Shown: one piece after another, positions 10,497-19,706 of the stretch
How the letters are laid out: each line of letters starts with the position of its first letter
How positions within the stretch are numbered: position 1 is the stretch's first letter
Source of the DNA: Candidatus Heimdallarchaeum aukensis
GTDB taxonomy: Archaea; Asgardarchaeota; Heimdallarchaeia; Heimdallarchaeales; Heimdallarchaeaceae
NCBI GenBank assembly: GCA_021513695.1
Contig: CP084166.1
Location: 2,464,001-2,528,000 of the forward strand
DNA length: 64,000 bases
Direction of reading: 5' to 3'
Position numbers and translations under genes: made by a program
Notes under the pieces: model-generated
What the model saw: the letters and a program-made list of their open reading frames with translations, nothing else
The model's database searches: none
Told to the model about the DNA's origin: nothing

Positions 10497-11666
10497 ATGC
10501 AAAAAAGAAAGCCTTTTTCTTATGTCTTAATTATAATTTTACTTTCTTATAGTAATCCTACTTGCCAAATAAGTAAAAAAGTCTTATCCTTAAATGAGAA
10601 TAATTCCTTTCAACTGCTATCAAGTATACAGAAAGGTTTTTCTTTTACTCCTTGGGAAGAAAACTCCCTGAAAAAAATAGAAGCAAATAATTCGCTGTTA
10701 GAACTTAAAGAGACTGGAACAGAATGGGTAGTACTTTGTTTCTGGTATTTTCAAGATGAAAGAACTTCTACAGTTATAGAACCTGATTATAATCTATATA
10801 GTGTAAATATTTCAGATGTTATTTCTTACATTGACATAATTCACGAACAGAATATGAAGGTTGTATTAAAGCCGATGCTAGACCTTAGAACAGGAGAGTG
10901 GAGAGCTTATATAGAACCTTCTGAAGAATGGTTTAAAGCATACACCGAATTTATAACTTTCTGGGCTGAAATAGCACAAAGTAAAGGAGTAGAATTTTTT
11001 GTTGTTGGTTGTGAACTTGACGGCACAATTTCAGATACAAATAATTGGATAAAAACGATAAATGCTGTAAGAGAAGTTTACAAAGGACCAATAACTTATG
11101 CTGCAAACTACGATATTTACGAACAAATAGAATTTTGGGACTATTTAGATTATATTGGTATAAATGCTTATTTTCCTTTGTCAGATACAACTAATCCCAC
11201 TCTTGAACAATTAAAACTAGGGTGGGACAGTTATATTCCCCAACTACATTCATTTTCAATCCAACATAACAGAAGTATAATCTTTACAGAAATAGGTTAT
11301 AGAAGCTTAAACGGAGCGAACAAGGATCCTTGGAATTGGGAAAGAAAAGGGATCAAGGATGAAAGAGAGCAATATCTTTGTTACGAAGCAACTTTTGAGA
11401 CAATAGCAAATTTATCTTGGATAGCTGGTCTTTATTGGTGGAATTGGGAAGTTAACCCTGAAGATGAAAGTGCAACTGGTTATAGCCCCCACAATAAACT
11501 AGCAGAAAAAATTTTGAAACATTGGTATAAAGGAGAACCTCTTAAAGATCTTCCTAAAAGGAATGTCTATGTGTGGGTGATTACAGGTTCTGTGTTAATA
11601 ATGGCTGCTTTTTTTGTTGTTTTTCTCAAATATAGACGTAAACTATCTTTGTCTAAAAAAACATAA
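10497..11666 (+). CDS. secreted, membrane-anchored glycoside-hydrolase-like protein (TIM-barrel, clan GH-A-like) with signal peptide and C-terminal TM anchor
   Basis: FFVVGCELDG is a candidate acid/base Glu, and IIFTEIGYRS is a candidate nucleophile Glu in the hhTEhG context. The C-terminus VWVITGSVLIMAAFFVVFLKYRRK is a TM anchor. It is paralogous to part of 5018..8884. Confidence 0.5.
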   Translation: MQKRKPFSYVLIIILLSYSNPTCQISKKVLSLNENNSFQLLSSIQKGFSFTPWEENSLKKIEANNSLLELKETGTEWVVLCFWYFQDERTSTVIEPDYNLYSVNISDVISYIDIIHEQNMKVVLKPMLDLRTGEWRAYIEPSEEWFKAYTEFITFWAEIAQSKGVEFFVVGCELDGTISDTNNWIKTINAVREVYKGPITYAANYDIYEQIEFWDYLDYIGINAYFPLSDTTNPTLEQLKLGWDSYIPQLHSFSIQHNRSIIFTEIGYRSLNGANKDPWNWERKGIKDEREQYLCYEATFETIANLSWIAGLYWWNWEVNPEDESATGYSPHNKLAEKILKHWYKGEPLKDLPKRNVYVWVITGSVLIMAAFFVVFLKYRRKLSLSKKT

Positions 11667-11812
11667 TAAAAATATGGAAATTGTTAGTCAGTAAAAGAAA
11701 ATGTAAAATATTTATTCCTTTTTCTGATTTATTAGGAGCTCTTTAGAAAGCCTTTTATTACAAGTATTTTTTTTCTGTCATCAGATTATTGTTTATTAAA
11801 GAAGGCTTGTGA

Positions 11813-12568
11813 ATGGACTATTGGCTACTACTATTACTTACAGGTTTGATAGGTTTATTTTCAGGATTGCTCAGTGGGATGTTAGGAATAGGGGGAGGTT
11901 CAGTAAGAATACCTCTACTTTATCTTATTGGGATCCCTTTAATTAATGCTTATGGAATAAATTTGATTACAATTCCTCTAACATCTGTTTATGGAGTTTT
12001 TTTACATCGAAAAAATATAAAAGTTAAACAAGGCACATCCTTAATTATTGGCGGTATAGGTGGAACTGTTGCAGGAACTTTATTAGCCTTGCATTATTCA
12101 ATGGACACGCTAATTCTCGCTGTATTATTTGTCATTGTTTCAATACTTACAGTTATGGGATTAAATATGTACAAATTTGCGCCTAACCTTGCAGAAAAAT
12201 TCAATCCTACTCCCCTATCATTAATTGGTGGAGGAGCGATTATAAACTTTATTACTGGTTTAAGAGGAGGATCAGGGGGTTCATTATTTCCTCCCTTTCT
12301 TCGTTCGTTAAAATTTGATATTAGAGATGCAATAGGAACTTCTTTATTTGCAACAATTTTTACTTCCACAATTGGAGCATTAATATTCTGGAAAAGTGGA
12401 GATATTCTTTGGATAGAGAGCTTAGTTGTATTTTTAGGTTCTTTTATTGGCGTGAGAATAGGTAAATTAGCATCAATTAATACAAAATCTCGTATGCTTG
12501 AAATAATACTCTCCATAGTAGTAGTCATTTTCGCTTTTGTCACTTTGATAAAAGCATTGTTAAGCTAA
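11813..12568 (+). CDS. TauE/SafE (DUF81) family membrane transporter
   Basis: Two internal repeats, each with a Gly-rich motif (GMLGIGGGS and GLRGGSGGS), and 7-8 TM helices. Confidence 0.65.
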   Translation: MDYWLLLLLTGLIGLFSGLLSGMLGIGGGSVRIPLLYLIGIPLINAYGINLITIPLTSVYGVFLHRKNIKVKQGTSLIIGGIGGTVAGTLLALHYSMDTLILAVLFVIVSILTVMGLNMYKFAPNLAEKFNPTPLSLIGGGAIINFITGLRGGSGGSLFPPFLRSLKFDIRDAIGTSLFATIFTSTIGALIFWKSGDILWIESLVVFLGSFIGVRIGKLASINTKSRMLEIILSIVVVIFAFVTLIKALLS

Positions 12569-12662
12569 AATATGTATAAGCAAAAATTACGCGAAATTGA
12601 AATAAATCTCAAATTTCTTGATTTTAGAATAATTATTTAAAGGTTTAATCTTTTTTTGAATT

Positions 12663-13448
12663 ATGTCATTTGATAGGAAAACAATTTTGAAGCATAGGCG
12701 AATTTTAAAAGTTTTTGACGAAGATATTGAAAAATTTCCAGAAGGATTTCAAACGGATCAACAAAAAGGCGTTCCCAATCCACCTTTAGAAAAACCATAT
12801 CCCAAAGATGGAAAAATAATAGACCTAGTTCAAATAGAAAATATTACCCTGGGTAAAAATTATAGTTTAATTGACCTTCTGAAAAAAAGAAAAAGTCACA
12901 GATCTTATACAGATGAACCATTGTCGATTGAAGAGTTATCCTATTTACTGTGGGCAACCCAAGGAGTATTAGAATTAACTAAACACCACGGAGCAGGAAC
13001 AAGAAGAGTTGTTCCGTCTGGAGGTATGCGTCATCCTTACGAGACTTACCTAATTATCAATAGAGTAGATGGATTAACACCTGGGATTTATAGATATCTT
13101 CCTATAGAGCACAGATTGCTCTTTATCAAAGAAAAAACAGAGATAAACGAAAACAAATTGAACAAGTTAGTGGGTCAGAAATTTATCTTGAAAGGAGCCA
13201 TAATCTTTCTCTGGGCTGCTATACCTTACAGAATGGAGTGGAGGTACAGTATAACTTCAACTAAAGTAATAGCAATAGAAGCAGGACATATATGTCAGAA
13301 TCTATATCTCGCTTGCGAATCAATCGATATTGGAGCTTGCGCTATTGCTGCTTATAACCAACAAGTAGCTGATGAATTGTTAGAGTTAGACGGTGAAGAT
13401 GAATTTGTTGTTTATTTAGCCCCTGTCGGAAAGATAAAGAAAAATTAG
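12663..13448 (+). CDS. nitroreductase-family / SagB-type dehydrogenase domain protein
   Basis: KRKSHRSYTDEPLS is the RxS-R-x-F/Y nitroreductase N-motif. The mid-protein PSGGMRHPYETYL and the C-terminal YLAPVGK are typical of SagB/nitroreductase proteins. Confidence 0.6.
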   Translation: MSFDRKTILKHRRILKVFDEDIEKFPEGFQTDQQKGVPNPPLEKPYPKDGKIIDLVQIENITLGKNYSLIDLLKKRKSHRSYTDEPLSIEELSYLLWATQGVLELTKHHGAGTRRVVPSGGMRHPYETYLIINRVDGLTPGIYRYLPIEHRLLFIKEKTEINENKLNKLVGQKFILKGAIIFLWAAIPYRMEWRYSITSTKVIAIEAGHICQNLYLACESIDIGACAIAAYNQQVADELLELDGEDEFVVYLAPVGKIKKN

Positions 13449-13749
13449 GCCTAAAATTCTTTTTTTTACATACTATCAAAATCAGAACTTTATTTAGAAA
13501 CAGTTTTTACTTGAGATAAGAAAAAATTTTTAACTCTGGTTATGAAAAGTCATTTACTTTATGTTAAAAAATAGTATTCTGACTATAAAAATGTAGTTCT
13601 GCCTTAAGATATTTGCATATAACGAGGAAGAAAACATCTACAATCATCTTCAAAATTTTTGTAAACTTGACAAAATTGCAGTTAATAATAACAAATGAAA
13701 TAAGTATAATAAAAGAAAAAGAAAGAAATTTTTGCTAATAGCCACTTTA

Positions 13750-14502
13750 CTAAATAGTGATATTGTGAGTTTCTTTACTCAAATTGTAAAATCCCTTCGC
13801 TAAAAGAACTTGAGAAATAAATAGTATAATTCCGGCGATTAAAATCCAGATTAGAAAAGAATCGTTGAAAGTGCCAGTAAAAGCCTCTGTAATCATTTCT
13901 TCTAAAAACTTAACTCCACCATAAGCATAAAGGAAAAAAGCTGCAACTACACCTGTCCTAGAATATAAAATAAGATTGGTAAACTCACCATTGTAGAACT
14001 GATGCTTGCTCAATAGGCTAAATAACCTCTTTATTTCCATAAATCCTAAAGTAAGAAAAATAAATGGGACTAGAAATATGCTAAGAAAGAAAGGTAAAAG
14101 AAATACAGCAAAAATAGCTAGGGGGAAAAGAAAAGTAACGACTAATTCACTGATTACGCCAATTTTAATATATTTACTAACGTCTTTAGTTGCACTAGTC
14201 TGTAAATTTTCAACAGAAGAAAACTCAGAAGCAAGGTAATCATAACCTCGAGAGAGTTTAAAAAAGTAAATAGACTTGAAAACCACAAGAAACATGTAAA
14301 TAAGCAAAACTAATACAAGCGAAACAAAATAAAAATCCCAAATTTCAAGATTGTAAATTGCAAAGAAACCAAGATAAAAAAGTATAGTGGCTACAAGAAC
14401 AACAATACCTATTAAAATATAGGCGATTCCTAAAACCAAAGATGATCTGGAAATTTTTTGTTTAGCAATTTCCAACATGTTTTGATGGTTATCAGAATAC
14501 AT
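13750..14502 (-). CDS. polytopic membrane protein, paralog of 17517..18653
   Basis: Shares FKLxxGYxxLxxExS...ATKDVSKYIK...FLTLGF blocks with the 17517..18653 product. Confidence 0.55.
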   Translation of the reverse strand: MYSDNHQNMLEIAKQKISRSSLVLGIAYILIGIVVLVATILFYLGFFAIYNLEIWDFYFVSLVLVLLIYMFLVVFKSIYFFKLSRGYDYLASEFSSVENLQTSATKDVSKYIKIGVISELVVTFLFPLAIFAVFLLPFFLSIFLVPFIFLTLGFMEIKRLFSLLSKHQFYNGEFTNLILYSRTGVVAAFFLYAYGGVKFLEEMITEAFTGTFNDSFLIWILIAGIILFISQVLLAKGFYNLSKETHNITI

Positions 14503-14822
14503 AACAATACACTAAAACTAATTTAGCATTCGCTAAAATAAAAACCTTCTCTAATTATGTTTGACATCAACAGAAGCTATAGAAAATTGTTTATAGCTAG
14601 TATATAAACTCTTCAAGTTTCTTCAGATAACCTGATTTCTTTACGCATAACTGTGAAACAATTAAAATGAAAACTTTCCTGAAAAAGTAATAGAAAAACT
14701 AACTGACAAAGTATACTTAATGCTCCTATAGTTTTCTCGTTTTCCTTTCCATTACGCAAATTAAAATCAACTTTGTTATATTCATTTTATTTCTCACTTT
14801 TGTAAAATTGAGTGTTGTATTT

Positions 14823-15533
14823 TTACACGCAGTTTCTTAAGTATCTCTTAAACCTATTAGAATTGACGGTTTTTAAGTCAAAGTATTCAGGATCAAAATC
14901 TTCTCCATACCAATGCATTAATTCTATGTCTTTGCTCTGAGGATCTTTAAGCATTTTAAGAAATTCCATATAAGCACCTGGTCCTCCACAATCTTCTGGT
15001 GGGCATGCTCGCTTACCGGCTATACAGTTTGGATAATGAGTATTGTTTTCACGTGGTAAAATCTTTTCTAGTTTAACTTCATGCTCAAACCAATCACCAA
15101 AATCGTAAATATATATTGCCACATTATTATCAGTGGAAAACCAATCTGATATCTTTTCTTTTCGCTCATCAAAAACTGGTTCGCTATTCTCCATAATCAT
15201 TTTGTGCATATGCAAAAAAATATTTTTTTGTTCTTCAGTTAAATTCTGTTTTTCAGCAATTCGCTTGAATCCTTGTTCAAAACTGAAGCTATCAAATGCT
15301 TCTTCATCAGGATCAGTTACTACTCGTGCTTCTTTGCCAGTTTTTGGGTGAACTATCTGAAACTCATGAAGATGATAACAATTCCACCCCATAGCAGCTT
15401 GAATTGCAGCATGTAGCTCAAAAAAAGTATAGCTTTCTGGAACTTGTATTCGACGCCAGATAGGAGGTTCAATATCTATCAATCTAATCTTAAATTGATA
15501 TACTTTTTTAAACGATTTAGAGACCATCGACAT
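14823..15533 (-). CDS. pRiA4b ORF-3-like family protein (domain of unknown function)
   Basis: VYQFKIRLIDIEPPIWRRIQVPESYTFFELHAAIQAAMGWNCYHLHEFQI matches the conserved core of the pRiA4b ORF-3-like family (I.L....PPIWRR..VP...TL..LH..IQ..MGW...HLH.F.I). Confidence 0.6.
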   Translation of the reverse strand: MSMVSKSFKKVYQFKIRLIDIEPPIWRRIQVPESYTFFELHAAIQAAMGWNCYHLHEFQIVHPKTGKEARVVTDPDEEAFDSFSFEQGFKRIAEKQNLTEEQKNIFLHMHKMIMENSEPVFDERKEKISDWFSTDNNVAIYIYDFGDWFEHEVKLEKILPRENNTHYPNCIAGKRACPPEDCGGPGAYMEFLKMLKDPQSKDIELMHWYGEDFDPEYFDLKTVNSNRFKRYLRNCV

Positions 15534-16099
15534 AAAAAAAAATTCTTAACTATTTTAAAGTTTCGAGACGAAAATCAAGGTCTGTTCATTCAGTAACATA
15601 AATCAGACTTTGTGTAATAGAAAAATGTGAGAGTGCTTCATAAATTTTCTCCAAGATGAAGAAGTAACGGGTTGATGAAAGCAGTTAAAATTATAGTAAG
15701 AATGGCAGAATGAGAGATCAAAGCTGTATCATCTTAGACCAAATCTTCTCATTTCTCTAATAAAAAAGTATCATCTTAAAAAATGTTTTTTGTTGAAATA
15801 ATTAAGTAACAGAGCCCAAACTTCTCTGTTTTTAAAAAAAAGAAAAAAGTTATTTTATCTTTCTTCTTAGTCTACTTCGGGTAATTGATAATAGTCCAAT
15901 AAGTGTTAAGGCACCCATGAAATACTTTTTTACGTAAAAAGCTAAATTTTTAGTTTGTGGAGTTATTAGACCAATAACAACCAGAAACACATTTGCATTA
16001 ATAAAGAATACACGATATTGGGGAGTGTCACAACTTTTCTGCTGTCTTTATATATTCAATTCTCATTTATCTAGTGTCTTGATCTATATGCTTAAAGAC

Positions 16100-16275
16100 G
16101 TAAGTTTCATTCCTACGACACCCGGTCTTCCATGTGGGAGTGATGAGTGCCCGGGCTCAGGAGATGAACCCCTTAGAGAACTCACTTAAGACTGTGTCTT
16201 TCATGTTCTCTTAACCCAGTCCTCACAACTTTCGCTATGTTTGTTGACTGGTTGGGTAGAGTCCTGAAGAAATTA
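16100..16275. ncRNA. GC-rich island in an AT-rich intergenic region with several local stem-loops; candidate small structured RNA of unknown class
   Basis: Local GC is well above the 30% background. Three local hairpins can be drawn:
- CCCGG...CCGGG at 16121-16156;
- TTAGAGAAC...GTTCTCTTAA at about 16164-16216;
- CCAGTC...GACTGG at about 16219-16250.
No coding frame is open here, and I could not fit a tRNA cloverleaf. Confidence 0.2.
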
Positions 16276-16289
16276 AGTAAAATTTCAAC

Positions 16290-17141
16290 TCATGAGAAGA
16301 AACCTGTAAAGTCTCCCATTGAGATCTCAACTTCTTTTTCGTTAGAAGAATGTCCTCTTTCTTCGTCTTCTGTTTCTTCATCTATCTCTTTTTCTCCTTC
16401 CGATTCTATCTTAACTTTCATAGCTAAAGCAGAATTGGGTTCTATGTATGGGAATTTGTGTATTCCTATATCTATCTTTAATTCTACAGGAGTGATAAGA
16501 GAATCATTTACTATTGCAAATTCGCCACTAGCGTAAATCCTGCTGGTGAAAACTCCGTCTGATGTTTCAATATTAAGTATATGGACTAAATTTCCTGAAA
16601 TGTTATCAGTGGTATATTCTATAGGTAGGAAATTGTCGAAAAGATATGTTTGGACAAGCTGATCTACTGATTCATTGTACATTCCGTCAGCGTCTGTATC
16701 GATATATTCAACAATATTAGAGATTTTGACCTTAAATTCTAATTCTATTTCTTGAGTGCTAGTGTCTGAAGAAAATTCTAGTTTGAACTCTATGTCATTA
16801 CCATCAGAGTTACTAGGAACTTCAAGTTCTATTTTAAATTCGTTTTCTGTATCTCCAAATTCTCTTCTAGATTTAATCTCAGCACTATGTGTAGAAACCT
16901 CTATCTCTACTTCTCGCTCGTTAATCTTTTCTTCTTCATCGTCTATACCGTCGTCATCTTCATCGTGATCCTCTTCTGTTTCTATTTCAGTTTCTTCTTC
17001 ATCTTCAGGGGGATCAGTTTCATCTTCATCGTCATCTTCATTGGCAATTACAGGTACAACTATTAGAAAACTAGTTACCATTAAGAATATAATTACGCCA
17101 CTTACAAGAATTCGTTTCTGAATTTTTTGACTGATTTTCAT
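16290..17141 (-). CDS. secreted, highly acidic low-complexity protein (283 aa) with N-terminal signal/anchor
   Basis: N-terminus KRILVSGVIIFLMVTSFLIVVPVIA, followed by DDDEDETDPPEDEEETEIETEEDHDEDDDGIDDEEE and repeated EFK/ELE blocks. Confidence 0.55.
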   Translation of the reverse strand: MKISQKIQKRILVSGVIIFLMVTSFLIVVPVIANEDDDEDETDPPEDEEETEIETEEDHDEDDDGIDDEEEKINEREVEIEVSTHSAEIKSRREFGDTENEFKIELEVPSNSDGNDIEFKLEFSSDTSTQEIELEFKVKISNIVEYIDTDADGMYNESVDQLVQTYLFDNFLPIEYTTDNISGNLVHILNIETSDGVFTSRIYASGEFAIVNDSLITPVELKIDIGIHKFPYIEPNSALAMKVKIESEGEKEIDEETEDEERGHSSNEKEVEISMGDFTGFFS

Positions 17142-17516
17142 TTTTGTTTGACCTCCATTTTTTTCTGAACTAAAATTGGAAACAAATTATATATTGTTTA
17201 AGTCATACTAAAGTAGAGGTCGCCAGTTAGGGACTTTTTAGAAAGCAAATAATTCACCTTTTTCAGAATTTTTTGACATATATTTTTCTGTAACTTTTTG
17301 GTTTTAGGACCTATTTCTTATCTTAAACAAATAACCTAATTGTCAACAATAAAAACAAAACTCTGAAATCCTCTATTAACTGCCTTTATATGTTTTTAGA
17401 GCAATTTGTTAACATATAAATTGGTGAATAATCTGTGATTTAATTATCAATCGAAGAAAAATCAGGAAAACTTAGGAAAATAGGAGAGATAGCTCAAATA
17501 TTCTTTACTTCTTCAT

Positions 17517-18653
17517 CTATCTATTTACAAAGGATTTTCCGCAATTAGAGCAAAATCTAGCATCTATATCATTTTGAAATCCACAATTAGGACAATATTT
17601 GAATAATGGACGGTTAGGTATAACATTTCTATAAGCATTTCTGTTAGCATTATTTCTGTTAGCATTATTTCTGTTAGCATTTAGAGGATTAACTTGGTCG
17701 ATTTTTTTATCCCTTACTTCTAAAACCATTGAGTTAGGATTCCCAGAAGTAGGATTTTTCTTGAAAGCAATCCGAGTCTCATTATCAGCATAGATAACTT
17801 CTTCTGAGATAGCTGGATTTGGGTTATCAGTTCGTAAATTATTAGGTTGTACAAAGCTGCTTTGCATAGTAGAAGTTCCAAAAGTAAGACCTATCTTCTT
17901 TGCATCACTACTTAAACCATAAAAACCACCTACAAAGAAAATATAGCCTATAAGAGCAGAAATACCAGCAATTAAAAACCAAATCAAGAATGAAGCATCG
18001 AAATAACCAGTTAAGAAACCTTCAAGAATAGCACTTATCATTTTAATTGATCCAAAAACGCTAGAAAAAACAGAAATAATAATAATGTATCGAGAGTATA
18101 AGAGCCAATTAGTATACTGATCATAGAAAAGATTCATTTGTTTTAATTGATCAAAAGTGGAAGAAAGAGCTTTAAAACCTAAAGTGAGAAAAATAAAAGG
18201 AAGAAGAATTAATATTAATAAGATAAATGTAAAAGAAGGTAAAAAGAAAATCAAAGGAAACAAAAAAGGAGAAATAAAGGCTATAATCATCTCAGAAAAC
18301 ATACTCACTTTAATGTATTTGCTCACATCTTTAGCAGAATTAGTGTGAAAATTGTAGTAAAAAGAAAGCTCAGTAGAAAGGTCATTAAAACCACCTGCAA
18401 GTTTGAAAAAGAAAATATAACGAAAGATAACAAGAATAATAGGAAAAATAGAAACTAAAAAAAGAGAAACAAGACGATTATCAAGTTTTAAAAATTTAAC
18501 AAAAAGAGCAAAGCCCGTGTATAAAAATAAATAAGAAATGAATCCAGATAAAGCAATAATAATATAAATTATTCCTAAAGCTTTAGAAGAGCTAGATATT
18601 TTGTTTTTTATTATAGATAGTCTGCTTTGAGCTGTGTTTAGATGCATTTTCAA
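17517..18653 (-). CDS. polytopic membrane protein (paralog of 13750..14502) with C-terminal Asn/Arg-rich repeat and a C4 zinc ribbon
   Basis: The C-terminus has NANRNNANRNNANRNAYRN followed by YCPNCGFQNDIDARFCSNCGKSF. The membrane core is homologous to the 13750..14502 product. Confidence 0.6.
   Translation of the reverse strand: MKMHLNTAQSRLSIIKNKISSSSKALGIIYIIIALSGFISYLFLYTGFALFVKFLKLDNRLVSLFLVSIFPIILVIFRYIFFFKLAGGFNDLSTELSFYYNFHTNSAKDVSKYIKVSMFSEMIIAFISPFLFPLIFFLPSFTFILLILILLPFIFLTLGFKALSSTFDQLKQMNLFYDQYTNWLLYSRYIIIISVFSSVFGSIKMISAILEGFLTGYFDASFLIWFLIAGISALIGYIFFVGGFYGLSSDAKKIGLTFGTSTMQSSFVQPNNLRTDNPNPAISEEVIYADNETRIAFKKNPTSGNPNSMVLEVRDKKIDQVNPLNANRNNANRNNANRNAYRNVIPNRPLFKYCPNCGFQNDIDARFCSNCGKSFVNR
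17639..17686 (-). repeat. 3 copies of a 15-bp tandem repeat (tctgttagcattatt) encoding the NANRN repeats
   Basis: Directly visible at 17639-17686. Confidence 0.6.
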
Positions 18654-19086
18654 ACCCTCAAGGAAATTTCAAAAACAAAATAAAAATTTTTTTTTAAAGA
18701 AAAAACAAGTTTAAATTTAAAATCTAAATAGAATTAAAAGAACAAAAAACCAAGAGTTAGAATTAAAAAAATTGAGCTGTAAAGTATCTGTTTAACATTA
18801 AACCTAGAATTAAAAAAGGTAACATAGAATATGATTGTATTTTGAGACCTTATTACAACATTAAGATAAAAGTGGTTTAATTTTTTTCATTTTTTACTTT
18901 TTTTTTTATTTTTTTCATTCTTAAGATTTTGATTTTTTGTTGTAACTGTATTCACTTTTTATTTGTAAACATTTATATGTCTTAGATAATAATAAATAGT
19001 TACAATGTTCATTTATAACATAAATCTTTTTGTTTATTTGAACATGGGTCTAGTAATAGAATAGCATGATTTAGTTTGGTGATTAT

Positions 19087-19676
19087 ATGAAAAAAATTCA
19101 GTTTTTTTTGTTTTGTTGATAGTTTTGTCTGCTTTTACAGCACGACAAGTTTTTTCATCTACTGATGAAAATGAAACAGATGTTCAAGAATATTTCTTTG
19201 ATTTAACCTTAATTTTTGTTGAAGATACTACTTTTGAGGATTATGCTCCATATATACAAAAATATCTCAAAGAGATAGGTATTAATGTATCAATTCTTCC
19301 TCAGAATTATTGGGATTTTTATTTTTCTGTTGTTTATGATCGCGATTTTGAGATTGCTTTAGCTGGTTATTCTAACTCTCCTGATGCATATCTCGATGAT
19401 TTGTTAATTGAAGATTCTAACAGTAACTATTGTTCATTTAATAGTTCAATTCCTTATTATAATGAAACAAATGATTATATTGAAAAAATTAAGACTACAG
19501 TCGATCCTGATACTAAGCTAACTTATTATTACAAATTACAAGAATTAGTAATGGACAAGGTTTTACCAGTTATTCCTCTCTTTACTTCAAATGAGTATAC
19601 TATTGCTTGGTCAAACTTGAAAGGTTACGATATGTCTTGGGGATTAGTAAACAGTTTACATTACATGGTTTTGTAA
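19087..19676 (+). CDS. secreted protein homologous to only the C-terminal lobe of SBP_bac_5 (peptide/nickel-type) solute-binding proteins; the 5' end is frameshifted in a T8 homopolymer
   Basis: - The ATG at 19087 gives MKKIQFFLFC and then a stop.
- One extra T in the T-run at 19102-19109 would give MKKIQFFFVLLIVLSAFTARQVFSS, a canonical signal peptide, joined to the body IGINVS...FEIALAGYSNSPDAYLDDLL...YYKLQELVMDKVLPVIPLF.
- The ORF track instead starts at TTG 19113. Confidence 0.5.
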
Positions 19677-19706
19677 AGTCAAAACTTAAAATTTTTATTT
19701 TATATA

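Noticed and set aside
12094-12543. 149-aa antisense ORF inside the TauE/SafE gene. Similar antisense ORFs occur at 1474-1728, 5181-5562, 14006-14239, 16237-16536, 32036-32380, 43064-43900, 48541-49598, 51274-51537 and 59121-59802.
   Set aside because: They sit fully inside stronger genes on the opposite strand and have low-complexity, non-protein-like translations. They are typical AT-rich-genome shadow ORFs.
16100-16290. Attempted to fit the GC-rich island to a tRNA, a C/D-box sRNA or the RNase P P4 region. The forward strand has TGGTTGGGTAGAGTC (D-arm-like) and GTGATGA (a C-box).
   Set aside because: There is no T-arm, no acceptor stem and no CUGA D-box in the right places. The CCGGGCTC similarity to RNase P CR-I comes without a properly placed CR-V. 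It is kept only as an unclassified candidate RNA.
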